Source: Patescibacteria group bacterium (GTDB taxonomy: Bacteria; Patescibacteriota; Minisyncoccia; Phycocordibacterales; Phycocordibacteraceae). From it: a DNA stretch of 64,000 nt. The position numbers and the translations under genes were made by a program. Of the stretch, positions 37,440 through 46,476 are shown piece after piece (positions within the stretch are counted from its first letter, which is position 1; each line of letters begins with the position of its first letter). The notes beneath the pieces are model-generated. The model saw nothing but the letters and a program-made list of their open reading frames with translations. It was not told the origin of the DNA and made no database searches. The stretch is from the NCBI GenBank assembly GCA_018971045.1, contig JAGWVF010000002.1:65133-129132 (forward strand), in the 5' to 3' direction.

Positions 37440-38297
37440 TTATACGCGCCGCCAGGCGCCGAATTCCTCTTTGGCGAGGCCGCGGAGTTCAAGAGCGGCG
37501 AGCGCGGTGAGCGCCTCTCCGGCGCCGTGAGGCGCGGCGCGGAGGATCTCGTCGCGCGTTTTCGGCTCATCGAGCAGCCGCCAGATTTCGCGTTCGGCAT
37601 CCTCGAGATCCTGCGGCGCCTCGCCCGATACGATCGGGCCGCGCGGCGCGATCCCGAGCGCCTCAAGAATGTGGATCGGGTCGGAGACGAGCGCCGCGCC
37701 GAGCCGGATGAAGAGGTGGCTCGCGAAGCCGTGCGAGTCTCCCATGCGGTGCGGAACGCACAGGAGATCGCGGTTATACTCGCCCGCGAGCCGGGCGGTG
37801 ATAAGCGTTCCCGACTTTGGTCCAGCCTCGATCACGAGCACCGCGTCCGCGAGCCCGACCATCAGCCGATTGCGCTCGGGGAAGTAGTGCACCCGCGACG
37901 CGCGGTCAGGCGCATATTCTGAAAGCATCCCGCCGCCTTTTTCGAGAATTTCCAAAGCAAAGCGGCGATTGCTGCGCGGGTAGAGGACGGTATCATCGAG
38001 GCCCGATCCGGGAAGCGCGAGAGTATGAATGCCCGCCGCGAGCGCCGCTTCGTGCGCGCACGTATCAATGCCGAGCGCGAGCCCGCTTACGATCGAGATT
38101 GGGTAGCCGGCGAGTCCGGAAATCAGCTTTCGGCACGCCTCTTCGCCGTAGCGCGTCATCGCGCGCGATCCGACGACGGTCAAGAATTTCGTTCCTGCGG
38201 GCGGGAGACTTCCGCGAATCCAGAGCCGTTTCGGGAGCTGGGGGATCTCGGCGAGTTGTACAGGCCACTCTTCCCGTGCGAGTTCACGGATGTCCAT
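37440..38297 (-). CDS. dprA: DNA-processing protein DprA
   Basis: VVGSR, IVSGLALGID, FPERNR, SGTLITA. Confidence 0.94.
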   Translation of the reverse strand: MDIRELAREEWPVQLAEIPQLPKRLWIRGSLPPAGTKFLTVVGSRAMTRYGEEACRKLISGLAGYPISIVSGLALGIDTCAHEAALAAGIHTLALPGSGLDDTVLYPRSNRRFALEILEKGGGMLSEYAPDRASRVHYFPERNRLMVGLADAVLVIEAGPKSGTLITARLAGEYNRDLLCVPHRMGDSHGFASHLFIRLGAALVSDPIHILEALGIAPRGPIVSGEAPQDLEDAEREIWRLLDEPKTRDEILRAAPHGAGEALTALAALELRGLAKEEFGAWRRV

Positions 38298-38301
38298 TCA
38301 C

Positions 38302-38313
38302 CTAGTATACTAG
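38302..38313. promoter_or_regulatory. Palindromic bidirectional -10 element between dprA and serS
   Basis: CTAGTATACTAG reads TATACT on both strands, 6 nt before the dprA ATG and 10 nt before the serS ATG. Confidence 0.65.
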
Positions 38314-38321
38314 AAAGCATC

Positions 38322-39593
38322 ATGCTCGATATTAAATTTATCCGAGAAAATCTCGACGTCGTCAAAGCCGGCGCGGCGAAGAAGCATATCGCGGTCGATC
38401 TCGAGAGATTAATCGCGGTTGATGAAGAGCGCAAGCGGCTACGCCAAGAGCTTGATGCTAAGAAGGCCGAACAGAATCGCCGCAGTAATGAAATCCAGAT
38501 CGCGAAGGATCTGGAGCGCGAGAAACTCATCGAACAGATGCAGCACTTGAAGGCGGGAATGGCTGAGAGCGAAGACCGGCTCAAGGAGGTCATGGTCGAG
38601 TGGCAGACGCTGATGCTCACTATTCCGAATGTTCCCGACATGTCCGTTCCAGACGGCGAGAGCGACGAGCAGAATCTCGAGGCGCGCACGTGGGGAGAGA
38701 AACCGGCCTTCTCCTTTACGCCGAAGCCTCACCACGAACTAATGACGGCTCTCGGCCTTGCCGACTTTGAGCGGGGCGCCAAGGTCGCGGGCTTTCGCGG
38801 ATATTTCTTGCGGGGCGACGGCGCGCGGCTCCTCATGGCGCTTCGGCGTTTCGTAGAAGATCGATTCATGAATCGCGAGGGCTTCGAGCCGATGTTCGCA
38901 CCCTCGCTTGTACGCCGCGAAGCCTTCATCGGTACCGGCTATCTGCCGCAGGGCGAAGAGGATCTCTACAAGACGCAGAACGGCGAGTATCTCGCCGGCA
39001 CCGCCGAGGTGGCGACAATGGGCTACTTTATGAATGAAGTGATCGATCAGTCCATGCTCCCTTTGAAGTTTTTCGCGTATTCTCCTTGCTTCCGCCGCGA
39101 AGCGGGCAGCCACGGAAAGGATGAAAAAGGAGTCTTTCGAGTGCATGAATTCGAGAAATATGAACAGGTCGTTCTCTGCGAAGCCGATCATGCGACCTCG
39201 GTTCAGCTCCACGAGGAGATCACGGCGAATTCAGAGAAGCTTCTTCAGGAACTCGGCCTCCACTACCGCGTCGTGGTAAATTGCGGCGGCGATCTCGGCC
39301 TCGGCCAGGTCAAGAAGTATGATCTTGAAGCGTGGATGCCGTCCGAGAATCGTTATCGAGAGACGCACTCGGCGTCCTACTTCCATGATTTTCAAACGCG
39401 GCGGCTCAATATCCGGTATCGCGACAGCGGGGGGATATTGCGCTATGCGCATTCTCTGAATAACACGGCGCTCGCGATACCGCGCATTCTCACGCAGATC
39501 GTCGAGAACTACCAAAAGGCCGACGGCACGGTCAAGGTGCCCCCGGTCCTCGTGCCGCATGTGGGGAAGGACACTCTCGGCGTCGCGCGGTAA
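38322..39593 (+). CDS. serS: Serine--tRNA ligase
   Basis: MLDIKFIREN, GTAEV, CFRREAGS, RVHEFEK, HSLNNT. Confidence 0.97.
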   Translation: MLDIKFIRENLDVVKAGAAKKHIAVDLERLIAVDEERKRLRQELDAKKAEQNRRSNEIQIAKDLEREKLIEQMQHLKAGMAESEDRLKEVMVEWQTLMLTIPNVPDMSVPDGESDEQNLEARTWGEKPAFSFTPKPHHELMTALGLADFERGAKVAGFRGYFLRGDGARLLMALRRFVEDRFMNREGFEPMFAPSLVRREAFIGTGYLPQGEEDLYKTQNGEYLAGTAEVATMGYFMNEVIDQSMLPLKFFAYSPCFRREAGSHGKDEKGVFRVHEFEKYEQVVLCEADHATSVQLHEEITANSEKLLQELGLHYRVVVNCGGDLGLGQVKKYDLEAWMPSENRYRETHSASYFHDFQTRRLNIRYRDSGGILRYAHSLNNTALAIPRILTQIVENYQKADGTVKVPPVLVPHVGKDTLGVAR

Positions 39594-40413
39594 TCGCCGC
39601 TTTACGGAGCGACGGCGCTCGCGCCGCCGCCGCGTCCTCATCGTCTCCGGAAGTTTGTTTTTGCTTTCTCTCGCCGCCGCCGTGTATATGCTTAATCAGA
39701 ATTTCGCGCGCATAGCGAGAGTGCAGGTGTATGGATCGGATCAGTCGCTCGCCGCGATCGCGAGACAAGCGATGGAAGGGACCTATTTCGGCATCATCCC
39801 GCGCGATTCGACTCTGTTTTATCCGGGCGACCGGATCCGATCGATGATTACCGCGGCATATCCGGATATCGCCGCGGTGTCTTTGTTCCACGACGGACCT
39901 ACCCAGCTTTCGATCAGGGTGAGCAACCGCATTCCGATAGCGCGGTGGTGCGGCGCGCCGCCGCCGAATGGCTTTACCGCGTCGTCGACTCTCGCCGACG
40001 CGGCGAACTGCGGCTTTTTCGACGCGAGCGGAGTGCTCTATGCGACAACAACGAGCGACGAGCCGATTAATACCTTTCGCGTGTATGGATCGGATACGAG
40101 TACAGCCGGCGCGTCCGCGCTCGGCACGACGCTCCCCGACGCGCGCCGGTTTCCCGCGGCGTTTGACTTCGCGCGACAGCTCGGCTCATTCGGATCTCCG
40201 GTTACGATAGTCGTTTTCCGAAATGGCGAAGCAGATGACTATCTCGCGAGCGGAACGCGCGTGACGTATGTGCTCGATGATGAACAGAACGCGTTTGCGG
40301 CGCTTGCTTCGGCGCGCGCAAATTTCGATCTTACGAACGGCTCGGTTGAGTATGTCGACCTGCGGTTCGATGGAAAAGTGTATGTGAAGCCGAAAAATGC
40401 TACGGTTCCGTAA
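39559..40413 (+). CDS. FtsQ/DivIB-like cell division protein
   Basis: Arg-rich N-terminus, TM, POTRA-like segment, C-terminal EYVDLRFDGKVYVK. Confidence 0.7.
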   Translation: MWGRTLSASRGNRRFTERRRSRRRRVLIVSGSLFLLSLAAAVYMLNQNFARIARVQVYGSDQSLAAIARQAMEGTYFGIIPRDSTLFYPGDRIRSMITAAYPDIAAVSLFHDGPTQLSIRVSNRIPIARWCGAPPPNGFTASSTLADAANCGFFDASGVLYATTTSDEPINTFRVYGSDTSTAGASALGTTLPDARRFPAAFDFARQLGSFGSPVTIVVFRNGEADDYLASGTRVTYVLDDEQNAFAALASARANFDLTNGSVEYVDLRFDGKVYVKPKNATVP

Positions 40414-41417
40414 TGTCATTCTGGAATAATCTTCCCAAGCCTTTTTTCGTCATGGCGCCGCTCAAGGACGTTACGGACGCGGCCTTTCGCGCGCTTGTCG
40501 CGGCGCGGGGCGCCCCCGACGTGTCTTGGACCGAATTTGTCTCAGCTGACGGGCTCTACCACACCCGTATGAAGCGGCGCGTGCCCGATGCCGAGAATCC
40601 TCTGATGCGCGATCTCGCATTTACCGAAACCGAGCGGCCGATCGTCGCGCAGATCTTCTCGAGCGAGCCGGCGATGATAGCGTACGCGGCTCGTCTCGCG
40701 GCCGAGCTCGGCTTCGACGGAGTCGATCTCAATATGGGCTGTCCGGATCGTTCGGTCGAGAAGCAGGGAAGCGGGGCCGCGCTTATCAAGACGCCCGAGA
40801 TCGCGCGCGGAATTATTCGCGCCGCAAAGGCGGCGAGCGATCTCCCTGTCTCGGTGAAGACGCGCATCGGGTACCATAAAGAAACGCTCGAAGCATGGCT
40901 CCCGGCGATCCTTGAAGAAGATCCGACGGCGGTAACGATTCATTTGCGCACGCGTAAAGAGATGTCAAAGGTTCCCGCGCATTGGGATCTGATGGCGCGC
41001 GCGGTCGAGATCCGCAATCGCGTGAATCCGGGCGTGCTCCTTATCGGCAACGGCGATCTAGCGGATCTCGATGATGCGCGCGGCAAGATCGCTGTCTCCG
41101 GTTGCGACGGCGCGATGCTCGGCCGCGCGATGTTCGGGAATCCGTGGTTATTTGAGGATATCGAACGATTTCGCAATCCCCTCGCGAATAGCGGATGTGC
41201 GAAATCCGCCCATTCCGCGCGAGAGAAGCTCGACGCGCTCATCGAACTCGCGCACCGCTTCGAGAAACTCTCGCCACCGAAATCGTTTTCCATTCTGAAA
41301 AAGCACATCAAGGCCTTTGCGGCGGGCTTCGACGCCGCCGCCGAATTGCGGGCGAGGCTCATGCTAACCGGCTCCGCCGCCGAATTGGAGCGCGCTATTC
41401 GCGATAATCCGCTATAA
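40413..41417 (+). CDS. tRNA-dihydrouridine synthase (Dus family)
   Basis: MAPLKDVTD, DLNMGCP, SVKTRIG, IHLRT, GNGD. Confidence 0.93.
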   Translation: MSFWNNLPKPFFVMAPLKDVTDAAFRALVAARGAPDVSWTEFVSADGLYHTRMKRRVPDAENPLMRDLAFTETERPIVAQIFSSEPAMIAYAARLAAELGFDGVDLNMGCPDRSVEKQGSGAALIKTPEIARGIIRAAKAASDLPVSVKTRIGYHKETLEAWLPAILEEDPTAVTIHLRTRKEMSKVPAHWDLMARAVEIRNRVNPGVLLIGNGDLADLDDARGKIAVSGCDGAMLGRAMFGNPWLFEDIERFRNPLANSGCAKSAHSAREKLDALIELAHRFEKLSPPKSFSILKKHIKAFAAGFDAAAELRARLMLTGSAAELERAIRDNPL

Positions 41418-41425
41418 TCGCTCTC

Positions 41426-42457
41426 ATGGCTCACCAGTCGCTCTATCGGATGTATCGCCCGTCAACTTTTGCCGACGTTGTCGGTCAAGAGCAGGTGACG
41501 AAGCCGCTCGAAGAAGCGGTGAAGGCAAAGAAGATCGGCCACGCGTATCTCTTCGCCGGCAGCCGCGGACTCGGGAAGACCTCGGTGGCCCGCATCTTCG
41601 CGAAGGAGGCCGGTTGTACCGAACACGATCTCTACGAGATCGACGCCGCGAGCAATAATAGCGTCGAGGATATTCGCGCGCTCACCGAGGGCGTCTATAC
41701 GCTCCCGTTCCAATCGCCTTACAAAGTGTATATTCTCGATGAGGTGCATATGCTCTCGAGAGGCGCATGGAACGCCTTTCTCAAAACGCTTGAAGAGCCG
41801 CCCGCGCACGCGATATTTATCCTCGCGACGACCGAGCTCGAGAAGGTGCCCGAGACGGTGCAGTCGCGCTGTCAGGTATTCGAATTTAAGAAACCGACGC
41901 GCGCCGTTCTCGCGGAAATGACGGCGGCCGTCGCGAAGAAAGAGGGTTACGCGCTCGCGCCGGACGCCGCCGAGCTTATCGCGCATCTCGCCGAGGGTTC
42001 GTATCGGGACGCGCTGTCGATTTTGCAAAAAGTATGCGCGAGCGCCGAGGAGAAGTCGCTCTCGCGCAGTGCGGTTGAGGCTGCGACCGGCGCGCCGCGC
42101 CGCGAGCAGGTACACGCGCTTCTTACCGCGCTCGCAAAGGGCGAGCGCGGCGGCGCGCTCGCGGCGATCGAGCGCGCCGCGAAGGAGCAGGTGGATATGC
42201 GCCTCTTTCTCGAGCTTACGCTCGAGGCTTTGCGCGCGGCGCTTCTCATTCGCTTCGCGCCCGATCTGCACGATGCGCTCCGGACCGAGCTCGGGACGGA
42301 TGAATTCTCCTCTCTCCAGCGTATCGGGAGCGGTGGTTCCGGCATATCGCACGCCACCCTGCTCGCGTTTTTAAATGCCGCGGATCGCATCCGCTACGCG
42401 CCTATCCCGTCATTACCGCTTGAGCTCGCGGTTCTCGAGCTTCTTGGCGGCGCATGA
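41426..42457 (+). CDS. dnaX: DNA polymerase III subunit gamma/tau (short form)
   Basis: YRPSTFADVVGQ, GSRGLGKTS, EIDAAS, DEVHML, LKTLEEPP, SRC. Confidence 0.95.
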   Translation: MAHQSLYRMYRPSTFADVVGQEQVTKPLEEAVKAKKIGHAYLFAGSRGLGKTSVARIFAKEAGCTEHDLYEIDAASNNSVEDIRALTEGVYTLPFQSPYKVYILDEVHMLSRGAWNAFLKTLEEPPAHAIFILATTELEKVPETVQSRCQVFEFKKPTRAVLAEMTAAVAKKEGYALAPDAAELIAHLAEGSYRDALSILQKVCASAEEKSLSRSAVEAATGAPRREQVHALLTALAKGERGGALAAIERAAKEQVDMRLFLELTLEALRAALLIRFAPDLHDALRTELGTDEFSSLQRIGSGGSGISHATLLAFLNAADRIRYAPIPSLPLELAVLELLGGA

Positions 42458-43161
42458 GTGATGATGCGGCGGGTTGGGCGATACTTGCTATCGTTCTCGC
42501 GGCCGCGGCCGGCGGCGTTTACTACGAGTACCAGCGTACTCGCCCCTGCGCCGTACCCATCCCGTACGCGATCGGAGCGGTCGACAGCCGCTTCGATATC
42601 TCAAATGCGACCTTGATCGCGGACGCGAAGAGCGCGGCGGCAATCTGGAACAAGGCGGAAGGGAAGACTCTGTTTACCTACGATCCGCAAGCGAAGCTCA
42701 CGATTAACTTAGTGTATGATTCGCGCGAGGCGGCGGCGAAACTCGGCAACGATATTGCCGTACAGCAAGCCGATCTCGATGCCGAGCGCGCCGCGCTCGA
42801 CGAGCTCAAGGCACAGTGTCCTGTCGATCGATCGATGTGCGATGAATTGCCGGCGCGAGTCGCGAGCTATAACGCGCATGTCGCGGCGTATAATGCCGAG
42901 GTGGCGCAGTACAATCAAACTGCCGGACACACGTTCCAAGAAGGCCAGTATCTCCGCGATGCGTCGGGAGAGCGGATCAATGTATTTGAATTTACCGGCG
43001 CTCTCCAGCTCAAGCGCGTGCTCGCGCACGAGTTCGGCCACGCGCTCGGGCTCGAGCATAATAAGAATCCCGAATCGATCATGTATGCCGAAAACGAGGG
43101 CGGCAATCTGGCGCCCTCCGCCGCCGACCTCGCGGAACTTCGCGCCCTCTGCGGGACTTAA
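42454..43161 (+). CDS. Matrixin (M10-like) zinc metalloprotease, membrane-anchored
   Basis: HEFGHALGLEH followed by SIM Met-turn; N-terminal TM; coiled-coil insert. Confidence 0.88.
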   Translation: MSDDAAGWAILAIVLAAAAGGVYYEYQRTRPCAVPIPYAIGAVDSRFDISNATLIADAKSAAAIWNKAEGKTLFTYDPQAKLTINLVYDSREAAAKLGNDIAVQQADLDAERAALDELKAQCPVDRSMCDELPARVASYNAHVAAYNAEVAQYNQTAGHTFQEGQYLRDASGERINVFEFTGALQLKRVLAHEFGHALGLEHNKNPESIMYAENEGGNLAPSAADLAELRALCGT

Positions 43162-43194
43162 AACGATCACTGAATAATGCTAGAGTGCATCCAT

Positions 43195-43265
43195 TGCCCG
43201 ATCGTCTAATGGTAGGACACCGCCCTTTGGAGGCGGGTATTGGGGTTCGAGTCCCTGTCGGGCAG
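43195..43265 (+). tRNA. tRNA-Gln (TTG)
   Basis: TGCCCGA/TCGGGCA acceptor stem, CCGCC-CTTTGGA-GGCGG anticodon arm, GGTTCGAGTCC; CCA not encoded. Confidence 0.95.
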
Positions 43266-43433
43266 CAAAAAGTGCGCAGCAACTTTTTACTGCCCGAAGC
43301 GAGTCGCGGGACGACTCGCGTCAGGGACGAGAAGACCTTGTGAGCAGATTTTGCGATTTCCTGAAGCAAAATCTCCACAAGGTGTACTGAAGCTGTAAGC
43401 TTCGAGAAATGTAATCATGGCCCCTGTCGGGGG
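43266..43433. repeat. tRNA-linked palindromic element with inverted and direct copies of the tRNA 3' end
   Basis: CTGCCCGA (43290) and CAGGGAC (43322) are complementary to the tRNA 3' end; CCCTGTCGGG is repeated at 43253 and 43422; internal hairpins. Confidence 0.7.
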
Positions 43434-43499
43434 ACTTAACGACCTGAGGGTTCTAATACGAGGAAACAAATCCGTGATTTTTGTGGTATAATATCTCAT

Positions 43500-43629
43500 A
43501 TGCAGCATCGTATGCAGGTATCGACGGAGCCATTCGAGAAGATTGTTCGCAGAGAGAAGGTAACAGTTTTATTCTGATGAAGACGAGGTGAAGTACGGAG
43601 TGGTGGGTATTCGTATCGAGGTCAATTAA
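43500..43629 (+). pseudogene. Internally deleted ASCH-domain gene remnant
   Basis: MQHRMQVSTEPFEKIVRREK joined out of frame to FYSDEDEVKYGVVGIRIEVN*; TATAAT 7 nt upstream. Confidence 0.65.
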
Positions 43630-43651
43630 ATCTTAATTTCAAAACCAGCCC

Positions 43652-44434
43652 ATGACACCAAAGCAACCGATCAGAGGAGCGAAGAGGGCGGCCGAATCGT
43701 GGAGCGAAGTCGCGGAGTGGTATGACTCCCTGCTTGAAGGAGATCAAGACACGTATCAATCGAAGGTCATTTTGCCGAATCTGTTGCGCGTGCTCGCGCT
43801 CGCGAAAGGCGAGCGGGTGATCGATATCGCGTGCGGACAGGGGTTCTTCACCCGCGCGTGCAGGGACGCGGGAGCGGCGCCGATGGGCGCTGATATTTCA
43901 GAAGAGCTTATCGCGTTCGCGCGCGAGAGGTCGGCCGATATTCCGTATCACGCCGCGCCGGCGCACGAGCTTTCATTCGCCAAAGACGCGAGTTACGAAA
44001 CGGCGCTCATGGTCTTGGCGATCCAGAATATTGAAAAGATAGACGCCGCTTTTGCCGAGGCGAAGCGCGTTCTGACTCCGAGCGGGCGCGTGGTGATGGT
44101 GCTTAATCATCCGGCCTTCCGCGTGCCGAAGCATTCGAGCTGGGGATATGAGGAGCAGTCGCGCATCCAGTACCGCCGCGTGGATCGCTACCTCTCGGGT
44201 GAGAAGATATCGATCGATATGCATCCCGGGCAGAAGCACGGCGCAAAGACCGTCTCGTATCACCGCTCGCTCCAGGACATCGTGAAGTCGCTTTCAAAGA
44301 GCGGTTTCGCGATCACGCGGCTTGAGGAGTGGATCTCGCATCGAGCGAGCGGCCGCGGTCCGCGCAAGAAGGCGGAGGACACTGCGCGGAAGGAGATACC
44401 ACTTTTTATGCTCATCGAAGCGCGCGGACGGTAA
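43652..44434 (+). CDS. Class I SAM-dependent methyltransferase
   Basis: VIDIACGQG, GADIS, RVLTPSG. Confidence 0.9.
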   Translation: MTPKQPIRGAKRAAESWSEVAEWYDSLLEGDQDTYQSKVILPNLLRVLALAKGERVIDIACGQGFFTRACRDAGAAPMGADISEELIAFARERSADIPYHAAPAHELSFAKDASYETALMVLAIQNIEKIDAAFAEAKRVLTPSGRVVMVLNHPAFRVPKHSSWGYEEQSRIQYRRVDRYLSGEKISIDMHPGQKHGAKTVSYHRSLQDIVKSLSKSGFAITRLEEWISHRASGRGPRKKAEDTARKEIPLFMLIEARGR

Positions 44435-44480
44435 TTGCCGCGTCGCGTTTCGAGGATAATTCGGGTAAAATACGACCGTC

Positions 44481-45620
44481 ATGCGAATGAATCAGCGAGT
44501 CGTCTCTGTCGGCGCGGGAGCGTCCGCTCTTATTCTTTTCGGCGGCTTCTGGCTCGCCGGCCTTTTCTCGACCGAGTACCGCTCGGCGAACGCTGACGCG
44601 GAGCGCGTCATCCCATTGCCGGTTCTCAATAAAGAAGAATATAACAAGCGGATGCTTGCGCTCGCTCATTTCGTACTGCCGACCGTTGCGCCCGCGGCGA
44701 CGTCATCAAGAGCGACTTCCTCCCCGGCGTCCGCCGCGGCGAGTTCAACGCTCATTCTGCCGATCTCGACCGCGACGACCACAGTCTCGGTTCCCGGCCG
44801 CTTATGGCCGGTTCCGACCGTCTATCCCCGTGTCGGCGCGCTCTTACCCTTCAATCGCATCGTCGCATACTATGGGAATTTCTATTCAAAAGGCATGGGT
44901 GTGCTCGGCGAATACCCGACGGATACGTTGCTCGGTATGCTCGCGAGTACGACGGCGGTATGGGCCGCGGCGGATCCGTCGACGCCCGTGGTGCCCGCCA
45001 TCCAATATATCGCCGTGGTCGCGCAGGCGCGTTCGGGGAAGGAGGGGAATTATATTCTCCGGATGCCGGACACGGAGATCGATCACGCGCTCGATCTCGC
45101 GAACCAAGTACACGGCATCCTGATCCTGGATGTGCAGGTAGGGAAGAGCACCGTGGAGCACGAGATCCCGCTTCTCGAGAAGTACCTCCTGATGCCAAAT
45201 GTGCATCTCGCGATCGACCCCGAATTCTCGATGAAGTTTAATGATGCGCCCGGAGAAGTAATCGGCACCTTTGACGCGAAGGATATTAACTATGCCGCGT
45301 CGTATCTCGCGGGTCTTGTCGAGCAGTATCACTTGCCGCCGAAGATTCTCGTGGTGCATCGCTTTACTGAGGATATGGTGACCCACTACAAACAGATCAC
45401 GCCGCTTCCCGAGGTGCAGATCGTGATGGATATGGACGGTTGGGGCTCGCAGGCCAAGAAGAAAGGCACGTATAATCACGTGATCGCTCCCGAGCCGGTA
45501 CAGTTCACCGGGATCAAACTCTTTTATAAAAACGATCTGAAGCCGCCCTCGACCGGCATGCTCACGACGGCTGAGATTCTCGGCCTTATCCCCGCGCCGA
45601 TCTATATTCAATATCAGTAA
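44481..45620 (+). CDS. Membrane-anchored hypothetical protein (possible glycoside-hydrolase-like barrel)
   Basis: TM, Ser/Thr linker, RIVAYYG, LDVQVG, HLAIDPEF, DMDGWG, GIKLFY. Confidence 0.65.
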   Translation: MRMNQRVVSVGAGASALILFGGFWLAGLFSTEYRSANADAERVIPLPVLNKEEYNKRMLALAHFVLPTVAPAATSSRATSSPASAAASSTLILPISTATTTVSVPGRLWPVPTVYPRVGALLPFNRIVAYYGNFYSKGMGVLGEYPTDTLLGMLASTTAVWAAADPSTPVVPAIQYIAVVAQARSGKEGNYILRMPDTEIDHALDLANQVHGILILDVQVGKSTVEHEIPLLEKYLLMPNVHLAIDPEFSMKFNDAPGEVIGTFDAKDINYAASYLAGLVEQYHLPPKILVVHRFTEDMVTHYKQITPLPEVQIVMDMDGWGSQAKKKGTYNHVIAPEPVQFTGIKLFYKNDLKPPSTGMLTTAEILGLIPAPIYIQYQ

Positions 45621-45670
45621 AAGTGCCGAAAGCTATTGCGCCTCTCGAGGGTGTGATATCATTCCGCCAT

Positions 45671-46414
45671 ATGGAAACACATAACACCGGGAATAATTAT
45701 TTTTTGCCTATCGCCGTCGTGATCGGCTGTCTCTTTATCGCCGGAGCGGTCTACTGGAACGGGGCGCACCCGTCCGCGGCGCCCGCGGGCGGCACTCAGC
45801 CGGGCGGTACGGCGCCGATAGCAGTCGACATTAAGAACGTGAAGATGGACGGCGATCCCTATATCGGATCGCCTACGGCGCCGGTAACCATCGCGTTCTG
45901 GAGCGATTTCCAATGCCCCTTTTGTAAAGAGTTTGAAGTCGGCGGGGTGAAAGAGCTTGAATCGCGCGGAACGACGTCGTCTTTGCCGGACATCATCAAG
46001 AATTATGTGAACACGGGCAAAGTAAAGATTGTGTTTATGGACATGGCATTCCTCGGCAATGATTCGATCACGGCGGCCGAGTACGGCCGGTCGGTGTGGA
46101 AGCTCTATCCACAGCAGTACTTCGCCTGGCGCACGGCGATGTACACCGCGCAGGGGACCGAGAATACCGGCTGGGCTACCGCCGATAAAATCGAGAAGAT
46201 CACGGCGACTGTTTCCGGACTCGACGTATCGGCGATCTCGGCGGACGTAAAAGCGAATGCTTCGGCGTATCAGGCGATGATGGACGCCGATAAGGCCGAG
46301 GCGGGGAAAGTAGGAATCAGCGCGACGCCGTCATTCGTGATCGGTAAGCAGGTGATCGCGGGGGCGTATCCGTACAGCACTTTCCAGTCCGCGATCGACG
46401 CGCTCTTGAAGTAA
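45671..46414 (+). CDS. DsbA family oxidoreductase
   Basis: TM, SDFQCPFC, GISATPSF, GAYP. Confidence 0.9.
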   Translation: METHNTGNNYFLPIAVVIGCLFIAGAVYWNGAHPSAAPAGGTQPGGTAPIAVDIKNVKMDGDPYIGSPTAPVTIAFWSDFQCPFCKEFEVGGVKELESRGTTSSLPDIIKNYVNTGKVKIVFMDMAFLGNDSITAAEYGRSVWKLYPQQYFAWRTAMYTAQGTENTGWATADKIEKITATVSGLDVSAISADVKANASAYQAMMDADKAEAGKVGISATPSFVIGKQVIAGAYPYSTFQSAIDALLK

Positions 46415-46428
46415 CCACGGGAGACAGA

Positions 46429-46461
46429 CAGCGTGCGGCCGGGCTTTCCGGCCGCACGCTG
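46429..46461. terminator. 14-bp GC-rich hairpin downstream of the DsbA gene
   Basis: CAGCGTGCGGCCGG/CCGGCCGCACGCTG; no U tract. Confidence 0.45.
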
Positions 46462-46476
46462 GTGTATGATGGCGTT

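Noticed and set aside
38025-38321. Long N-terminal extensions in the ORF track for serS (also parB, uvrB, uvrC, miaA, EEP, RRM, ATP-cone protein)
   Set aside because: The extensions overlap neighbouring genes, a tRNA or regulatory DNA; family N-termini and -10 positions support later starts.
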